64,000 nucleotides of DNA from Alphaproteobacteria bacterium (GCA_017616785.1 JAFZXK010000022.1:58516-122515), one strand, 5' to 3'; counted from the stretch's first letter, positions 9,180 to 20,034 are shown. The notes: a model not told the origin generated them from the letters alone. A program made the numbers and translations.

Positions 9180-9591
9180 ATTTAGAATTCCTTACCTTTT
9201 GCATCCATGTGTTCCGCAATTTTAACTGTTGCTGTAAATCTGCGTATGTGGCGGCGTTCATGTCAGAGTCCAGTTTTTCAGAACATGTGCAAATGCGGCC
9301 AGTTGGATACAACCATGCCACCGGTCTTTCATTTTCGCTGTCCCAATATTCAAGAACCATATTTGCAAATTTTTTATCTTTTACCACATTGGAAAGTTCC
9401 GAATAATGTGCAACCAGACCGTTTATTCCGCGTCCAGGGAACATGTGAAAAGTTGGTTGTTTTGATGAATTGCTTACATCCACAATCGGTAACATATCGC
9501 CGGCAAGTTTGAAATGAAACAGAGTTTGTGGCGTTACGAGTTCCATATTTATGGAATATTCTTTTCTAAAAATTTGCCCGGCTTCGGCCAT
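9178..9591 (-). CDS. Hypothetical protein (137 aa)
   Basis: ATG at 9591 preceded by RBS AGGGGG. No family recognised. Confidence 0.5.
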   Translation of the reverse strand: MAEAGQIFRKEYSINMELVTPQTLFHFKLAGDMLPIVDVSNSSKQPTFHMFPGRGINGLVAHYSELSNVVKDKKFANMVLEYWDSENERPVAWLYPTGRICTCSEKLDSDMNAATYADLQQQLKLRNTWMQKVRNSK

Positions 9592-9661
9592 GTTTATCCC
9601 CCTTTGGTTTTTATTCGCAAACGTGTGAAAGTATAATGCAAAAAAATCCGGTGTCAACAGG

Positions 9662-11641
9662 TTACACAAATAAATCTTTTACAAATTGGGCGTGTTCGGT
9701 TATAAAGCGGAAACGAAATTCCGGTTTTTTGCCCATAAGTTCCGAAACAATCGTGCGGGTTTTTTCCGTGTCTTCGGCGCCTTCGTCCGTGCGCGGGGGC
9801 AAATCAACCCGAACAAGACGGCGCGTTTTCGGCGACATTGTTGTTTCCTTTAACTGGTTCGGCATCATTTCGCCAAGTCCCTTGAATCGTGATATTTCGA
9901 CCTTTTTATTTTTGTACTTGCCGGATGTCAATTTTTCAAGTTCTTCGTCAGAATCAATATAGAACGATTCGGTTCCGCATGTGAATTTATAAAGCGGCGG
10001 GCAAGATAAATACAAATGCCCCCCGTATATCAATTGTGGCATAAATTGATAGAAAAAGGTCATCAGCAATGATGCAATATGACTTCCGTCGACATCGGCA
10101 TCGGTCATGATGATTATTTTTTCATAACGCAGTTTTGAATCGTCCCAATTCTTTGCGGTGCCGGCGCCGATGATATCGATTAAATCGTTAAGTTCGCGGT
10201 TGTTGCCGAATTTTTCGTCCGAATTTGATACGACATTTAACACCTTGCCGCGCAGGGGCATAATTGCCTGGGTCGCGCGGTCGCGTGCCTGTTTTGCGGT
10301 GCCGCCGGCGGATTCCCCCTCTACAATAAACAATTCTGTTCCGGCGACGCCATGTTTGGAGCAATCGGCAAGTTTCGCCGGCATGCGAATTCGTTTGGTT
10401 GGGGTTTTGCGTGCAACCTCTTTGACCTGTTTCACGCGGATGCGCGCGTTGGCAAGGTTTATGACAAATTCCAGCAACGCGTTTGCCGTTTTTGGGTCGG
10501 ACGCCAAAAACATTTCCCACGGGTCGCGCAACGCGTTTTCAGTATATTTTGCAATTTCAGGGTTCGAAAGTTTTTCCTTGGTCTGACCCAAAAATTGTGG
10601 CGTTTTATAGAACACAGATACAATTGCCGCGACCGAATCGAACACATCTTCGCCGATTATGTTTGCGGCCGATTTATTATTTACCTTTTCCCCGTACGCC
10701 TTTATCCCGCGGGTTATCGCAGATTTGAAACCGGTTTCATGTGTGCCACCGTCAATTGTCGCAATTGTGTTACAATAAGACGCAAAAAATCCATCATCCG
10801 AGGCGGCGCCGTTTTCATCGGTTAAAAAGGTTAGCGCCCATTCCACGCGACCGGAATCGTCCGGAAAGTCAATCGCACCGGAAAAAAGTTTCGGTAAAAT
10901 TTTCGGTTTGTCGCGTGTCTTTTCATCCAAGAAATCCGCAACACCGTTCGGATAGTAAAACGTTGTGTCCGCTGGAATTTCCATATCGGCGGTTAGCAGT
11001 TCGGGCGCACAGTGCCAATCGATTTTAACGCCACGCGAAAGAAACGCCTTGGCCCGTGCCATACGATATATTTTAATAGGTTTGAATACCGCTGCCGCGC
11101 CAAAAATTTCGTCATCAATCGTAAAGCGGATACATGTACCATGCGCCTTGGACTGGTTGCCACGTGTCATTTTTGTTGTTGGTTTGCCCCGCGAAAACGA
11201 CTGATGCCATTCGTAACCGTCGCGGTAAATTGTTACAATCATTTCGGACGAAAGGGCGTTGACAACCGCACTGCCCACGCCGTGCAGACCGCCACTGGTC
11301 TTATAAACATTATTATTGAATTTACCCCCAGAATGCAGGGTGGTAAGAATAACCTCTAATGCCGATTTACCGGGATATTTCGGGTGTTCATCGACCGGAA
11401 TTCCGCGGCCGTCATCAGTAATTTCAATCGTTTTTGAATCTATCAAGCGCACAGTAATTTTCTTGGCAAAACCGGCGACCGCTTCGTCAATCGAATTGTC
11501 CATAATTTCAATCGGCAAATGGTGCCACGCCTTTTCATCCGTGCCACCGATATACATTCCGGGCCGCAAGCGGACCGGTTCCAGGCCCTCTAGTACCTGG
11601 ATATCTGATGCGTCATAAGAGTGCAAATTCTGTTCTGCCAT
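9662..11641 (-). CDS. parE: DNA topoisomerase IV subunit B
   Basis: GHKL ATPase and TOPRIM motifs. The N-terminus RPGMYIGGTDEKAWHHL...MDNSIDEAVAG and the ~660-aa length fit ParE rather than the ~800-aa proteobacterial GyrB. Confidence 0.8.
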   Translation of the reverse strand: MAEQNLHSYDASDIQVLEGLEPVRLRPGMYIGGTDEKAWHHLPIEIMDNSIDEAVAGFAKKITVRLIDSKTIEITDDGRGIPVDEHPKYPGKSALEVILTTLHSGGKFNNNVYKTSGGLHGVGSAVVNALSSEMIVTIYRDGYEWHQSFSRGKPTTKMTRGNQSKAHGTCIRFTIDDEIFGAAAVFKPIKIYRMARAKAFLSRGVKIDWHCAPELLTADMEIPADTTFYYPNGVADFLDEKTRDKPKILPKLFSGAIDFPDDSGRVEWALTFLTDENGAASDDGFFASYCNTIATIDGGTHETGFKSAITRGIKAYGEKVNNKSAANIIGEDVFDSVAAIVSVFYKTPQFLGQTKEKLSNPEIAKYTENALRDPWEMFLASDPKTANALLEFVINLANARIRVKQVKEVARKTPTKRIRMPAKLADCSKHGVAGTELFIVEGESAGGTAKQARDRATQAIMPLRGKVLNVVSNSDEKFGNNRELNDLIDIIGAGTAKNWDDSKLRYEKIIIMTDADVDGSHIASLLMTFFYQFMPQLIYGGHLYLSCPPLYKFTCGTESFYIDSDEELEKLTSGKYKNKKVEISRFKGLGEMMPNQLKETTMSPKTRRLVRVDLPPRTDEGAEDTEKTRTIVSELMGKKPEFRFRFITEHAQFVKDLFV

Positions 11642-11758
11642 ATCCTTATTATTATAACATAATTTCGCCGGGCGCAAGCCCATAATAAGAATTTTAGGGG
11701 CTTGATTTTGTTAAAAGGTGGACTATATTTTGTGTAAATAAAAGTACGGACCGTAAAA

Positions 11759-12886
11759 ATGAATAAAAATCCTTATGAAGTTTTGGGTGTCGCGCGCGAT
11801 GCGTCGGATGCCGATATTAAAAAGGCATATCATAAATTGGTGCTGAAATACCACCCTGATAAAAATCCGGGGGATAAATCGGCCGAGGAAAAATTCAAAG
11901 AAGTCAATAATGCGTTTGATATACTGCGCGACCCGCAAAAGCGTGCCGCGTATGACCGCTTTGGTGATGCGGCGTTCGCGGGCGGAAATGGTGCGTCGGC
12001 GGGCATGGGTGGAAATCCGTTCGGTAATGGTGCGTTTCACTTTGATATGGGTGGTGGCGCGGGTATGGAAGATATCTTGCGCGAAGCGATGCGCGGATTT
12101 GGTTTCGGTGGCTTTGACGCCGGTGGACGTGGCGGTCAAAGCGCACAGAGTCGCGGACGTGATTTGTTGGACGAGGTTGTAATTAGTTTGCGTGACGCGT
12201 ATTTCGGAAAAACGCATACTGTGAAATTTGCAAGTAATGTAAAATGTGAAAAGTGTAATGGGTATGGAACGGCGGATGGCAAGCCGGCACCGACCTGTCC
12301 ACGGTGTCATGGAACGGGATATGTAAACATGCAACGCGGTTTTTTTGCAATGCAAACGCCATGCCCGGAATGTAATGGGTTGGGACATAAAATCGATAAA
12401 AAATGTTCTGAATGCGATGGCACGGGTGCGGTTCATAAAAATCGAACAATTGATGTAAAAATTCCGGCGGGAATCGAAGACGGCGCGCGCCTGCGCCTGA
12501 GCGGCCAGGGTGAGGCTGGTTCAAATGGTGGCCCGGCGGGCGATTTCTATTTGGATGTGCGTGTAAAGCCGGATGCGCGGTTTGAACGTGATGGTGCAAA
12601 TCTGATAATGCATGTTGATTTGCCGTTTACGACATTGGCGTTGGGCGATGAAATTGAAATTGAAACAATTGATGATAAAAAATTGTCGGTAAAGGTTCCG
12701 GCGGGAACACAGGTTGGTGAAAAACTGCGTGTGCGGGGACATGGTATGCCAACGGGCCGCGGTTCGTCTTTTGGTGATTTGTATATTAGTATTGGTGTTG
12801 TGATTCCAACAAAACTTACCGAAAAGCAAAAGAAAATTTTGACTGAATTTGCCGAAACAAAAGGCGCAAAGAAAGGTTGGTTCTAA
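11759..12886 (+). CDS. dnaJ: Chaperone DnaJ
   Basis: J domain with HPD (KYHPDKNPG), G/F-rich linker and four CxxCxGxG zinc motifs. Confidence 0.95.
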   Translation: MNKNPYEVLGVARDASDADIKKAYHKLVLKYHPDKNPGDKSAEEKFKEVNNAFDILRDPQKRAAYDRFGDAAFAGGNGASAGMGGNPFGNGAFHFDMGGGAGMEDILREAMRGFGFGGFDAGGRGGQSAQSRGRDLLDEVVISLRDAYFGKTHTVKFASNVKCEKCNGYGTADGKPAPTCPRCHGTGYVNMQRGFFAMQTPCPECNGLGHKIDKKCSECDGTGAVHKNRTIDVKIPAGIEDGARLRLSGQGEAGSNGGPAGDFYLDVRVKPDARFERDGANLIMHVDLPFTTLALGDEIEIETIDDKKLSVKVPAGTQVGEKLRVRGHGMPTGRGSSFGDLYISIGVVIPTKLTEKQKKILTEFAETKGAKKGWF

Positions 12887-12892
12887 AAACGC

Positions 12893-12954
12893 CTATACGC
12901 CGGATTCCGGCGTATAGATAAAAAACGGGCGCCGAAAAATCGGCGCCGTTTTTT
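12893..12954. terminator. Two hairpins between convergent dnaJ and pgsA
   Basis: 11-bp stem CTATACGCCGG/CCGGCGTATAG (12893-12917), then GGCGCCG-AAAAAT-CGGCGCC followed by a T run (12928-12954). Confidence 0.7.
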
Positions 12955-12964
12955 GCACAGTTTT

Positions 12965-13564
12965 TTACTTTATCTTTTTTAACTTTTGGACAAAGTCGCG
13001 GGTGTATGAAACCGCCGACCAAATACTTGCCGCCAATGCAAACCATAACGCAAATATCCCGATGTTTGGCAATGCATAAATTGCGTAAACCAATGCCGTG
13101 CCGTCCGATGCGCCGGTTACCGACGCGCCCAATGCGAACAGTGCCAAAAATGCGGTTATTGAAATCATTTGCATTGCGGTTTTAATCTTGCCCATTGAAA
13201 AACGTGCGTGTGGAACCGGCATAGGAATTTTCTGTGTGCCCAAAAATTCGCGCAGGCCACTGATATATAATTCGCGCGCAATCATTATGATAATTGGAAT
13301 TACCGTGAACCAAATTGGCATCATAATACACAATAATACAAATGTGTTCACGACTAATAATTTATCGCCGATGTGGTCCATAACGCCGCCAAGTTTCGTA
13401 CATACATCATATTTCCGGGCAAGGTATCCATCAAAAAAATCCGTTAGTGCCGCGATTAAGAATAATATAAGTGTTGTTATATACATTCCGGACATCAATG
13501 TTCCAATAATTGCGAATGATGCAAAAATTCGAAAGCCCGATAAAAAGTTTACGAAAAATTTCAT
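12965..13564 (-). CDS. pgsA: CDP-diacylglycerol--glycerol-3-phosphate 3-phosphatidyltransferase
   Basis: CDP-alcohol phosphatidyltransferase motif DFFDGYLARK...GGVMDHIGDKLL. Confidence 0.85.
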   Translation of the reverse strand: MKFFVNFLSGFRIFASFAIIGTLMSGMYITTLILFLIAALTDFFDGYLARKYDVCTKLGGVMDHIGDKLLVVNTFVLLCIMMPIWFTVIPIIIMIARELYISGLREFLGTQKIPMPVPHARFSMGKIKTAMQMISITAFLALFALGASVTGASDGTALVYAIYALPNIGIFALWFALAASIWSAVSYTRDFVQKLKKIK

Positions 13565-13606
13565 TTTATTCTCCCTTGGTTTTTTCGTGTTTTATTATAA
13601 CATATC

Positions 13607-15025
13607 TTAATGGAAATGTTCGTATATTTTTTTTGCCGCCGAATCGCCAAGGCCTGGAACGCGTTTTAATGTCTGTATATCCGCGTCCATAATTGCGCGA
13701 ACCGAACCAAAGTGATGAAGTAATAATTTTTTTCGCGCCGGCCCAATTCCATCAATTTCATCAAGACATGAACCCGTCATTGTCTTGGCACGTGTGGTGC
13801 GGTGATATGTTATCACAAACCGGTGCGCTTCGTCACGAACGCGTCGAAGAAGCAAAAATAATTTTGAATCCTTGGCCATGTCGCGATATTCGGTGCCGTC
13901 CGGCATTATAAAATGTTCGTCACCGTTGCGGACCGCGCCTTTGGTTACGCCAAGTACGGGAATATTTGGTGCGGTTTTATGCGCGATGTTCCATTGCGCG
14001 CGACCACCATCAACAATGATTAAATCAATTTCGGGGCTGTTTTGTACGGCGCGTTCGACAAATTCCGCCATCATTGCAATGTCGTTTCCGGCGCGTGCGC
14101 GGTCGCGTAATTTGAAATGTCGGTAGCCGGATTTTATAAATCCATCGTGTCCAAATGTTATCATTGCGCCAACCGGATTTGTTCCAAACAAATGTGAATT
14201 ATCAAATACACCGGCATAGGTTATTTTTTTCCCAATCCATTTTTCCATTTCATTTATTGTTGTGTTCCAATCGTTTTCTTTAATTTCGCTATACGCCGGA
14301 TACGTGCGTATACCGTGAATTGATGTTTTTGTCATCGCGGCAATTTTATCACGCAAAATTGCGGCATTTTCAAAGTCCATTGTCACCGAACATCTTTTCA
14401 TTTGTTCGGATAATTCGTTTATGATTGGTTCACTGTCGCCGGTTAAAATTCGGCGTGCAAGTTTTACATTTTCGTCGTAATCTGGAACATCTTGGACGCA
14501 TGGTGCGCTGCATCGGCCGATTTGATAAAGCAGGCATGGACGTGCGCGATTTTTCATAAATGTATCGGTACATGTGCGCAGGCGACATACCTTTTGAATC
14601 ATTTTTATTGTTTCGTTTAACGCGTGAACCGACGGATATGGACCGTATACATCGCGTCGCTGGGAAATTTTTCCACGGAATTTTAACAGACGCGGATATT
14701 TATGATTGGTCAATGCCAACATAGGATACATTTTCCCATCGGTCAGCATGATGTTATATTTCGGCTTTTCCGTTTTGATAATTTTTTCTTCGAGTATAAG
14801 TGCATCTGATTCCGTAGGTGTGATTTCCCATTCAACGCGTGCGACCATTGTGCGCATAACTTGCTTATGCATTTCAAGTTTCGAAATATCCACATATTGA
14901 TGCAATCGATTCGATAAATTTTTTGCTTTGCCAACATAAAGCAAGTTCCCATCCGCGTCATACATGCGGTAAATGCCGGGTGAGCCCGGTGCGTTTTCAA
15001 TTAAATCACAGAATTGAATCTTCAT
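13607..15025 (-). CDS. uvrC: Excinuclease ABC subunit C (short form, ~472 aa)
   Basis: GIY-YIG (GIYRMYDADGNLLYVGKAKNL), UVR-like helix (FENAAILRDKIAAM), endonuclease block and C-terminal (HhH)2 LDEIDGIGPARKK...VPGLG. Confidence 0.85.
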   Translation of the reverse strand: MKIQFCDLIENAPGSPGIYRMYDADGNLLYVGKAKNLSNRLHQYVDISKLEMHKQVMRTMVARVEWEITPTESDALILEEKIIKTEKPKYNIMLTDGKMYPMLALTNHKYPRLLKFRGKISQRRDVYGPYPSVHALNETIKMIQKVCRLRTCTDTFMKNRARPCLLYQIGRCSAPCVQDVPDYDENVKLARRILTGDSEPIINELSEQMKRCSVTMDFENAAILRDKIAAMTKTSIHGIRTYPAYSEIKENDWNTTINEMEKWIGKKITYAGVFDNSHLFGTNPVGAMITFGHDGFIKSGYRHFKLRDRARAGNDIAMMAEFVERAVQNSPEIDLIIVDGGRAQWNIAHKTAPNIPVLGVTKGAVRNGDEHFIMPDGTEYRDMAKDSKLFLLLRRVRDEAHRFVITYHRTTRAKTMTGSCLDEIDGIGPARKKLLLHHFGSVRAIMDADIQTLKRVPGLGDSAAKKIYEHFH

Positions 15026-15076
15026 ATTTTTTATGATAAAATAAAAGAAATTAAATAGCAAATAAAGGATTAAAAA

Positions 15077-15541
15077 ATGAAAATGGAATCTGGACGTTCA
15101 ATGATAGAAATGCTTGGTGTGCTTGCCATTATGGGTGTGTTGACCGTTGGTGCAATCGGTCTTATATCGACGGCGATGCGGACGCAAAAGCGCAACACGG
15201 TGAACGAAGAAGTGCTGCAAATGGTAACCGGGGTGCGGCAATTGCTTGGCGAATATGACGATTTTTCGCACATAGATAACACGACTATATTCGGTGCAAT
15301 TGGAATGTCGGCGAAAAATCCGTATGGTGGAACATATGAATTGGCTGTTGACCCGGCAAACAGTCGGCAATTTATTGTAACGATAAATGGGCTTTCACAG
15401 GGCGATTGCGAATATTTTATAACCAAGGCGTGGTCTGATTCGGTTGGGTATTTGGCGTCTGATGGCAAGCAGAGCGGTGCAAGCGGAAATTGTCGTTTAG
15501 AAGACGGTAAAAATGTTATCAAAATAACTTATGGCGAATAG
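15077..15541 (+). CDS. Type IV pilin-like protein (prepilin leader MKMESG / RSMIEMLGVLAIMGVL)
   Basis: Short leader ending in Gly, Glu at +5, hydrophobic N-terminal helix and a C-terminal Cys pair (GDCEYF...GASGNC) like a pilin D-region. RBS AAGGA. Confidence 0.65.
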   Translation: MKMESGRSMIEMLGVLAIMGVLTVGAIGLISTAMRTQKRNTVNEEVLQMVTGVRQLLGEYDDFSHIDNTTIFGAIGMSAKNPYGGTYELAVDPANSRQFIVTINGLSQGDCEYFITKAWSDSVGYLASDGKQSGASGNCRLEDGKNVIKITYGE

Positions 15542-16511
15542 TTGTATGGCGGATTCCGTAACTGTTTCGGCGGTCGAAGATGGAACAAGGATTCTGCGGT
15601 GGTTTGGTCGAAACTTTCCATCTATGCCGCATCGCGAATTTTATCGACTTTGTCGTGGTGGGCAAATACGTGTGAATTCATCGCGCTGTCGCGGAACAGA
15701 AGTGTTGCATGCGGGTGATGTCATACGCATTCCACCAACAATTCGTGAATTTGCCGAAGTGCCCAAAAAGACGGAATCAGGCGAACAATTTTCTTTATCA
15801 GATTTGGAAAAATTGCGGCATACGATAATCTATAACGATGACGATATTGTTGTTTTTAACAAGCCCGCAGGCCTTGCAGTGCAGGGTGGAAGCGGCATAA
15901 GAAAATCAATTGATAAAATGGCGGCCGCGCTTTTCCCGTACTATAAAATTTCGCTTGTTCATCGTTTGGATAGGGAAACAAGTGGTTTGTTGGTCGTTGC
16001 AAAAAATCAAAAGGCGGCGCAGGTTTTATCGCGGGCTTTTCAAAGTAAAACCGCAAAAAAAGAATATGTCGCGTTGCTAAACGGTGATGTGAAAAATTCG
16101 CGTGGCGTCATAGATGATTATTTGTTAAAGGGGCGCGTGTTCGATTCGCCGGAACGGGAAAACGGAACGGGCGCGCGTCCGGCGCATGCGATTACGGAAT
16201 ATCGTGTTTTGTCCCGCGTGCCGGGTGCGCTTTCTTGGGTTGCTTTTTCGCCAAGGACGGGGCGTACGCATCAATTGCGTTTACATAGTGCGTATGTGTT
16301 AAATGCGCCGATTGTTGGTGATGATTTATATGGCCGTAATAAGAAAATTGCCGACGGATTGAAATCTATGTTTGCCACAAACAATTTGTTTTTGTTTGCG
16401 TATAAACTTACATTTCAACATCCATCGACGGGGTGTATGGTAACTTTTCGTGCGCCGGTGCCGGATTTTATGGCGGCGGTGATGAAGTTGTTGGAATTTG
16501 AATTACCATAA
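15531..16511 (+). CDS. RluA-family (RluC/RluD-like) rRNA pseudouridine synthase
   Basis: S4-like N-terminus and catalytic HRLDRETSGLLVVAK motif. The start is ambiguous (15531 or 15546) and overlaps the pilin gene end. Confidence 0.8.
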   Translation: MANSCMADSVTVSAVEDGTRILRWFGRNFPSMPHREFYRLCRGGQIRVNSSRCRGTEVLHAGDVIRIPPTIREFAEVPKKTESGEQFSLSDLEKLRHTIIYNDDDIVVFNKPAGLAVQGGSGIRKSIDKMAAALFPYYKISLVHRLDRETSGLLVVAKNQKAAQVLSRAFQSKTAKKEYVALLNGDVKNSRGVIDDYLLKGRVFDSPERENGTGARPAHAITEYRVLSRVPGALSWVAFSPRTGRTHQLRLHSAYVLNAPIVGDDLYGRNKKIADGLKSMFATNNLFLFAYKLTFQHPSTGCMVTFRAPVPDFMAAVMKLLEFELP

Positions 16512-16527
16512 GGGCAAGATTAAAAAT

Positions 16528-18621
16528 ATGACAAAGAGAAAAAGAAAATTTTTTGTATTCGCACGCGCAATATTTTTATTCTTTGCGGTGTTGGTTGTCG
16601 CGATTGTTGCCGCGCTGTCAAAGATGGATATGAATGTTTTGCGGAAAAATTTACTTGATGTGTTGCGTGCGTCAACGGGGTTGCAAATTGAAATTATGGG
16701 TGATGTTTCGTGGAAACTTTCGTTGCGGCCGCGTGTAACGATGCGTCAAGTTACCGTTCCAAATGCGGCCGGTGCGAAACATAAAAATTTATTAGAGGCC
16801 GAAACAATAGAAGTTAGTTTGGATTTAATTTCTTTGTTTTCAAGCCGACCAACAATTCAACGTGTTCGTGTAAATGATGCGAAAGTATATATTGATAAAA
16901 ATGCCAAAGGCGAATTGATTTTGCCGGATATAAAAAATGATGATGAATTGACCTATACGGAGGAATCCGGCGTAGAGGAAGAAAAAGAGATTCCAGAATA
17001 TCCGTTTGTTGACCCGGGTCTTGGTGGATTAAATGTGAACGGATTGGATGTGAATATTGGTGGTGAAAAATATAATGTCCCGGGTATAAATATACGTTAT
17101 GTGACCGGGCCCGATACGCGTGAATATCGCGGTTGGATAAAGTTAGATGAATCTAATTTGGTACCATTTATTATTTCACTTGATAAATATAATGCAGAAC
17201 GAAAAGTGTATCCGGTTCAATTTGCGTTTTCGTCCGATGGCGATGCGTTGACGGCAAATGTTGCATTGGAGGGAACAAGCAAGATACCGATAGATTTTGT
17301 GGTCAAAGGCGATATACCCGATATTCGGCCGATTGGAAAATTGCTGAACCTGGATTTCCCGAATATGCCCGCAATACAGGTAAATATATCGGGTGGATTA
17401 GATCGACAAAAGTTCACTTTGCATAAATCTTCGGTTTCGGTTCGTGGCAGTGATATACAGTTGTCCGGTTCGATAGATTGGGGCAAAAAAAAGCCGGATA
17501 TAAATGTAAATTTGTCATCAAAGAAAATAGTTCTAAAAGAATTGTTCCCGGAACTTTATGGTGGTGTGCGTCCAACAAATCGTGAACTAAATGTGTTTCA
17601 TGATATGCCGCTGTTTGGAAAGTATCTGTATGACAATCGATTGTCGATAAATGTTGATTTGGGAAAGTTTGTTGTTTATCGCAATTTGTCACTTGATAAT
17701 TTCAAAGTGAAATTTACTTCGCGTGATGGCGTGTTGCGTGCGGATGCGAATACAAAGTTTGCGGCCGGTGATATTAGGGCCGCGATAGATGGAACGGTTG
17801 ATGCGGATGGTCATTTGTACTTGCAAATGGGTGGCATAGGCAAGGGCATTACCGTTGGTCAAATATTAAAGCAAGTAAATGTGAATAATTTTATATCTGA
17901 TTTACCACTTGATTTTGAAACACATGTTCGTGCCGATGGATTTGATATGTCGGGTATAATGCGGACTATAACCGGACCGGTGCGTGTTTATTCTGTGGGC
18001 AAAGGGTATGCGCATTCTGAATTGGTTTCGTATATGTATGGTTCTGATTTCCTTACCACTTTGCGGCACAGTATCCAAGATATGTTCACATCTGATAAAA
18101 AATATAACCAAATGACGATAAGTGGCGCAGTTGCGAATTTGAAATTGCGTGATGGTGTGGCGGAAATAAAAAATGGTGTGGCGATTGAAACAAATGCGAT
18201 AAATATTCGTCTTGGTGGCGATTTGAATTTAGGTGAAGAAACATTGAACCTTTCACTTACGACTGTGCCAGTGCGCGGAATAAAGTTGTCGATAACCGGC
18301 AGTGTTGTGAACACCATAACCATAACCGGAAATTTGGCCGAACCAGATATTCAAATAAGTGGCGCGGCCGTCGCGGGCAAGGCACTTTCGGCGACGGGAA
18401 TCGGACTTTTGCTTGCGCCGCTTACGGGTGGTATTGGTTTGGTCGCGGGTGCGGGTGTTGGATTGCTGGCCGGGGATTTGCTTGAAAATTGGTTGGCGGA
18501 TGACCATCCGTGCGAAACCGCACTTGAAAAGGGTGCGCCATCACGCAGGCACGACCCTGAATGGATGAACGAATCGGCCGAAGATTTGGCGAATAGTGTT
18601 TTGAATAAATCGGTCAAATAA
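16528..18621 (+). CDS. AsmA-family envelope protein
   Basis: N-terminal TM anchor followed by a long beta-rich periplasmic region of ~700 aa. Call rests on general architecture only. Confidence 0.5.
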   Translation: MTKRKRKFFVFARAIFLFFAVLVVAIVAALSKMDMNVLRKNLLDVLRASTGLQIEIMGDVSWKLSLRPRVTMRQVTVPNAAGAKHKNLLEAETIEVSLDLISLFSSRPTIQRVRVNDAKVYIDKNAKGELILPDIKNDDELTYTEESGVEEEKEIPEYPFVDPGLGGLNVNGLDVNIGGEKYNVPGINIRYVTGPDTREYRGWIKLDESNLVPFIISLDKYNAERKVYPVQFAFSSDGDALTANVALEGTSKIPIDFVVKGDIPDIRPIGKLLNLDFPNMPAIQVNISGGLDRQKFTLHKSSVSVRGSDIQLSGSIDWGKKKPDINVNLSSKKIVLKELFPELYGGVRPTNRELNVFHDMPLFGKYLYDNRLSINVDLGKFVVYRNLSLDNFKVKFTSRDGVLRADANTKFAAGDIRAAIDGTVDADGHLYLQMGGIGKGITVGQILKQVNVNNFISDLPLDFETHVRADGFDMSGIMRTITGPVRVYSVGKGYAHSELVSYMYGSDFLTTLRHSIQDMFTSDKKYNQMTISGAVANLKLRDGVAEIKNGVAIETNAINIRLGGDLNLGEETLNLSLTTVPVRGIKLSITGSVVNTITITGNLAEPDIQISGAAVAGKALSATGIGLLLAPLTGGIGLVAGAGVGLLAGDLLENWLADDHPCETALEKGAPSRRHDPEWMNESAEDLANSVLNKSVK

Positions 18622-18733
18622 GTATTTTTGTCAAATGGCCCGCTCGCTTCTTTTGGTCTTGCACCGAATCGGCATTTTTTGATACAATTACCCCCAGGAA
18701 TGTAGAAACAGGAATAACAAACAGGAGTGTGAA

Positions 18734-19852
18734 ATGGAATTTTCTGTGTTTCGTCAGGTTTTAATTCGTGCACTGGGACACATGCAATCGATTGTTGAAA
18801 AGCGCGCGACTTTGCCGATTTTGATGAATGTAAAGTTGGATGTTTCGGATGATTTGGTGTTGTCTGCGACAAATGTTGATTTGGAATTGATTGAACATGT
18901 TGCGGCCGATGTAACATTGGGTGGCAAAATAACTGTGCCGGTTCAGATGTTATATGATATCGTGCGTAAATTGCCGGACGATGCCGAAATTTCGTTCAAG
19001 CAATCGGGTGATTCATTGGTGGTGTCCAGTGGTCGCGCGGTGTTTCATTTGCCGACTTTGCCGGCGGAAAATTTCCCGGCCATGGCGGGCAGTAATTTAA
19101 CAACCAAGTTTCAAATGACAACGGGTGATTTGGCACACCTTATTAATCAAACAAAATTCGCAATTCCAACCGATGATGTGCGTTATCATTTGGGCGGTAT
19201 TTATTTCCATATTGCAAATGACGACGGTTCGAACAAATTGACCGCGGTCGCGACGGATGCTCAGCGTATGGCACTTTGCGCGATGCCGGCGCCGGCGGGT
19301 TCGGCGGAAATGCCGTCTGTGATATTGCCGCGGCGCGTGATTGGAGAATTGTCAAAGTTATTAGAAGACGCGACCGTTGACGATGTTAATGTTGAATTGT
19401 CTGATACCAAGGCGCGCTTTACGATTGGTGCGGCGATTTTGACAAGTAAACTTGTCGATGCGCAATATCCGAACTATCGCGTCGTTATTCCAAAGGGTAA
19501 TGATAAAATCGCGATTATGGACAGAAAGCAATTCCTTAATGCGGTTGACTTGGTTTCGGTGGCAAGTGTTGATAAAACCAAGTCCGTTCAGTTGACTTTT
19601 TCAATGAATAAATTGGTTGTGAACGCGTCAAGTCCGGATGCCGGAACCGCGACCCAGGAATTGGATGTCGAATATAATGGCGATGCATCATTTACGGTTA
19701 CGTTTAATGTAAAGTTCCTTATGGATGTCGCCGGTCAGGTCGAAGGTGAAAAATTTCAGATGGAAATGCAGGACCCACTTTCGCCGACGATTATACAATC
19801 AACCAACAAAGATACCGATGCACTGTTCATCCTTATGCCAATGCGGATGTAA
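18734..19852 (+). CDS. dnaN: DNA polymerase III beta sliding clamp
   Basis: 372 aa; N-terminus MEFSVFRQVLIRALGHMQSIVEKRATLPIL and C-terminus LFILMPMRM are typical of DnaN. Confidence 0.93.
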   Translation: MEFSVFRQVLIRALGHMQSIVEKRATLPILMNVKLDVSDDLVLSATNVDLELIEHVAADVTLGGKITVPVQMLYDIVRKLPDDAEISFKQSGDSLVVSSGRAVFHLPTLPAENFPAMAGSNLTTKFQMTTGDLAHLINQTKFAIPTDDVRYHLGGIYFHIANDDGSNKLTAVATDAQRMALCAMPAPAGSAEMPSVILPRRVIGELSKLLEDATVDDVNVELSDTKARFTIGAAILTSKLVDAQYPNYRVVIPKGNDKIAIMDRKQFLNAVDLVSVASVDKTKSVQLTFSMNKLVVNASSPDAGTATQELDVEYNGDASFTVTFNVKFLMDVAGQVEGEKFQMEMQDPLSPTIIQSTNKDTDALFILMPMRM

Positions 19853-19880
19853 GATAGTGTAAGTGATTAGTTGTAGGTGT

Positions 19881-19903
19881 GGGCGCGAAAGCGCCCGTTT
19901 TTT
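19881..19903 (+). terminator. Intrinsic terminator after dnaN
   Basis: GGGCGCGAAAGCGCCC hairpin followed by G-T6. Confidence 0.8.
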
Positions 19904-20020
19904 GCGACACCCCGCCCTGCGGGCACCCCTCTAGCCAGAGGGGAATTTTTTTATGTTCTGTTGCGGGCCAAAATTCCCCTCTGGCTAGAGGGGTGGCGGG
20001 TGGAACCCGCCGGGGTGTCG
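19904..20020. repeat. Full-length A-type MITE-like palindromic element (117 bp)
   Basis: Left arm GCGACACCCCGCCCTGCGGGCACCCCTCTAGCCAGAGGGGAA, centre GTTCTGTTGCGG, right arm the inverted copy ending CCGGGGTGTCG. Confidence 0.8.
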
Positions 20021-20034
20021 ATAAAACTTTTATC

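Noticed and set aside
13607-15025. uvrC is only ~472 aa against ~600 aa in E. coli, raising the possibility of a truncated pseudogene.
   Set aside because: The frame is intact. The GIY-YIG, UVR, endonuclease and (HhH)2 motifs are all present. The shortening lies in the linker regions and is consistent with a compact genome.
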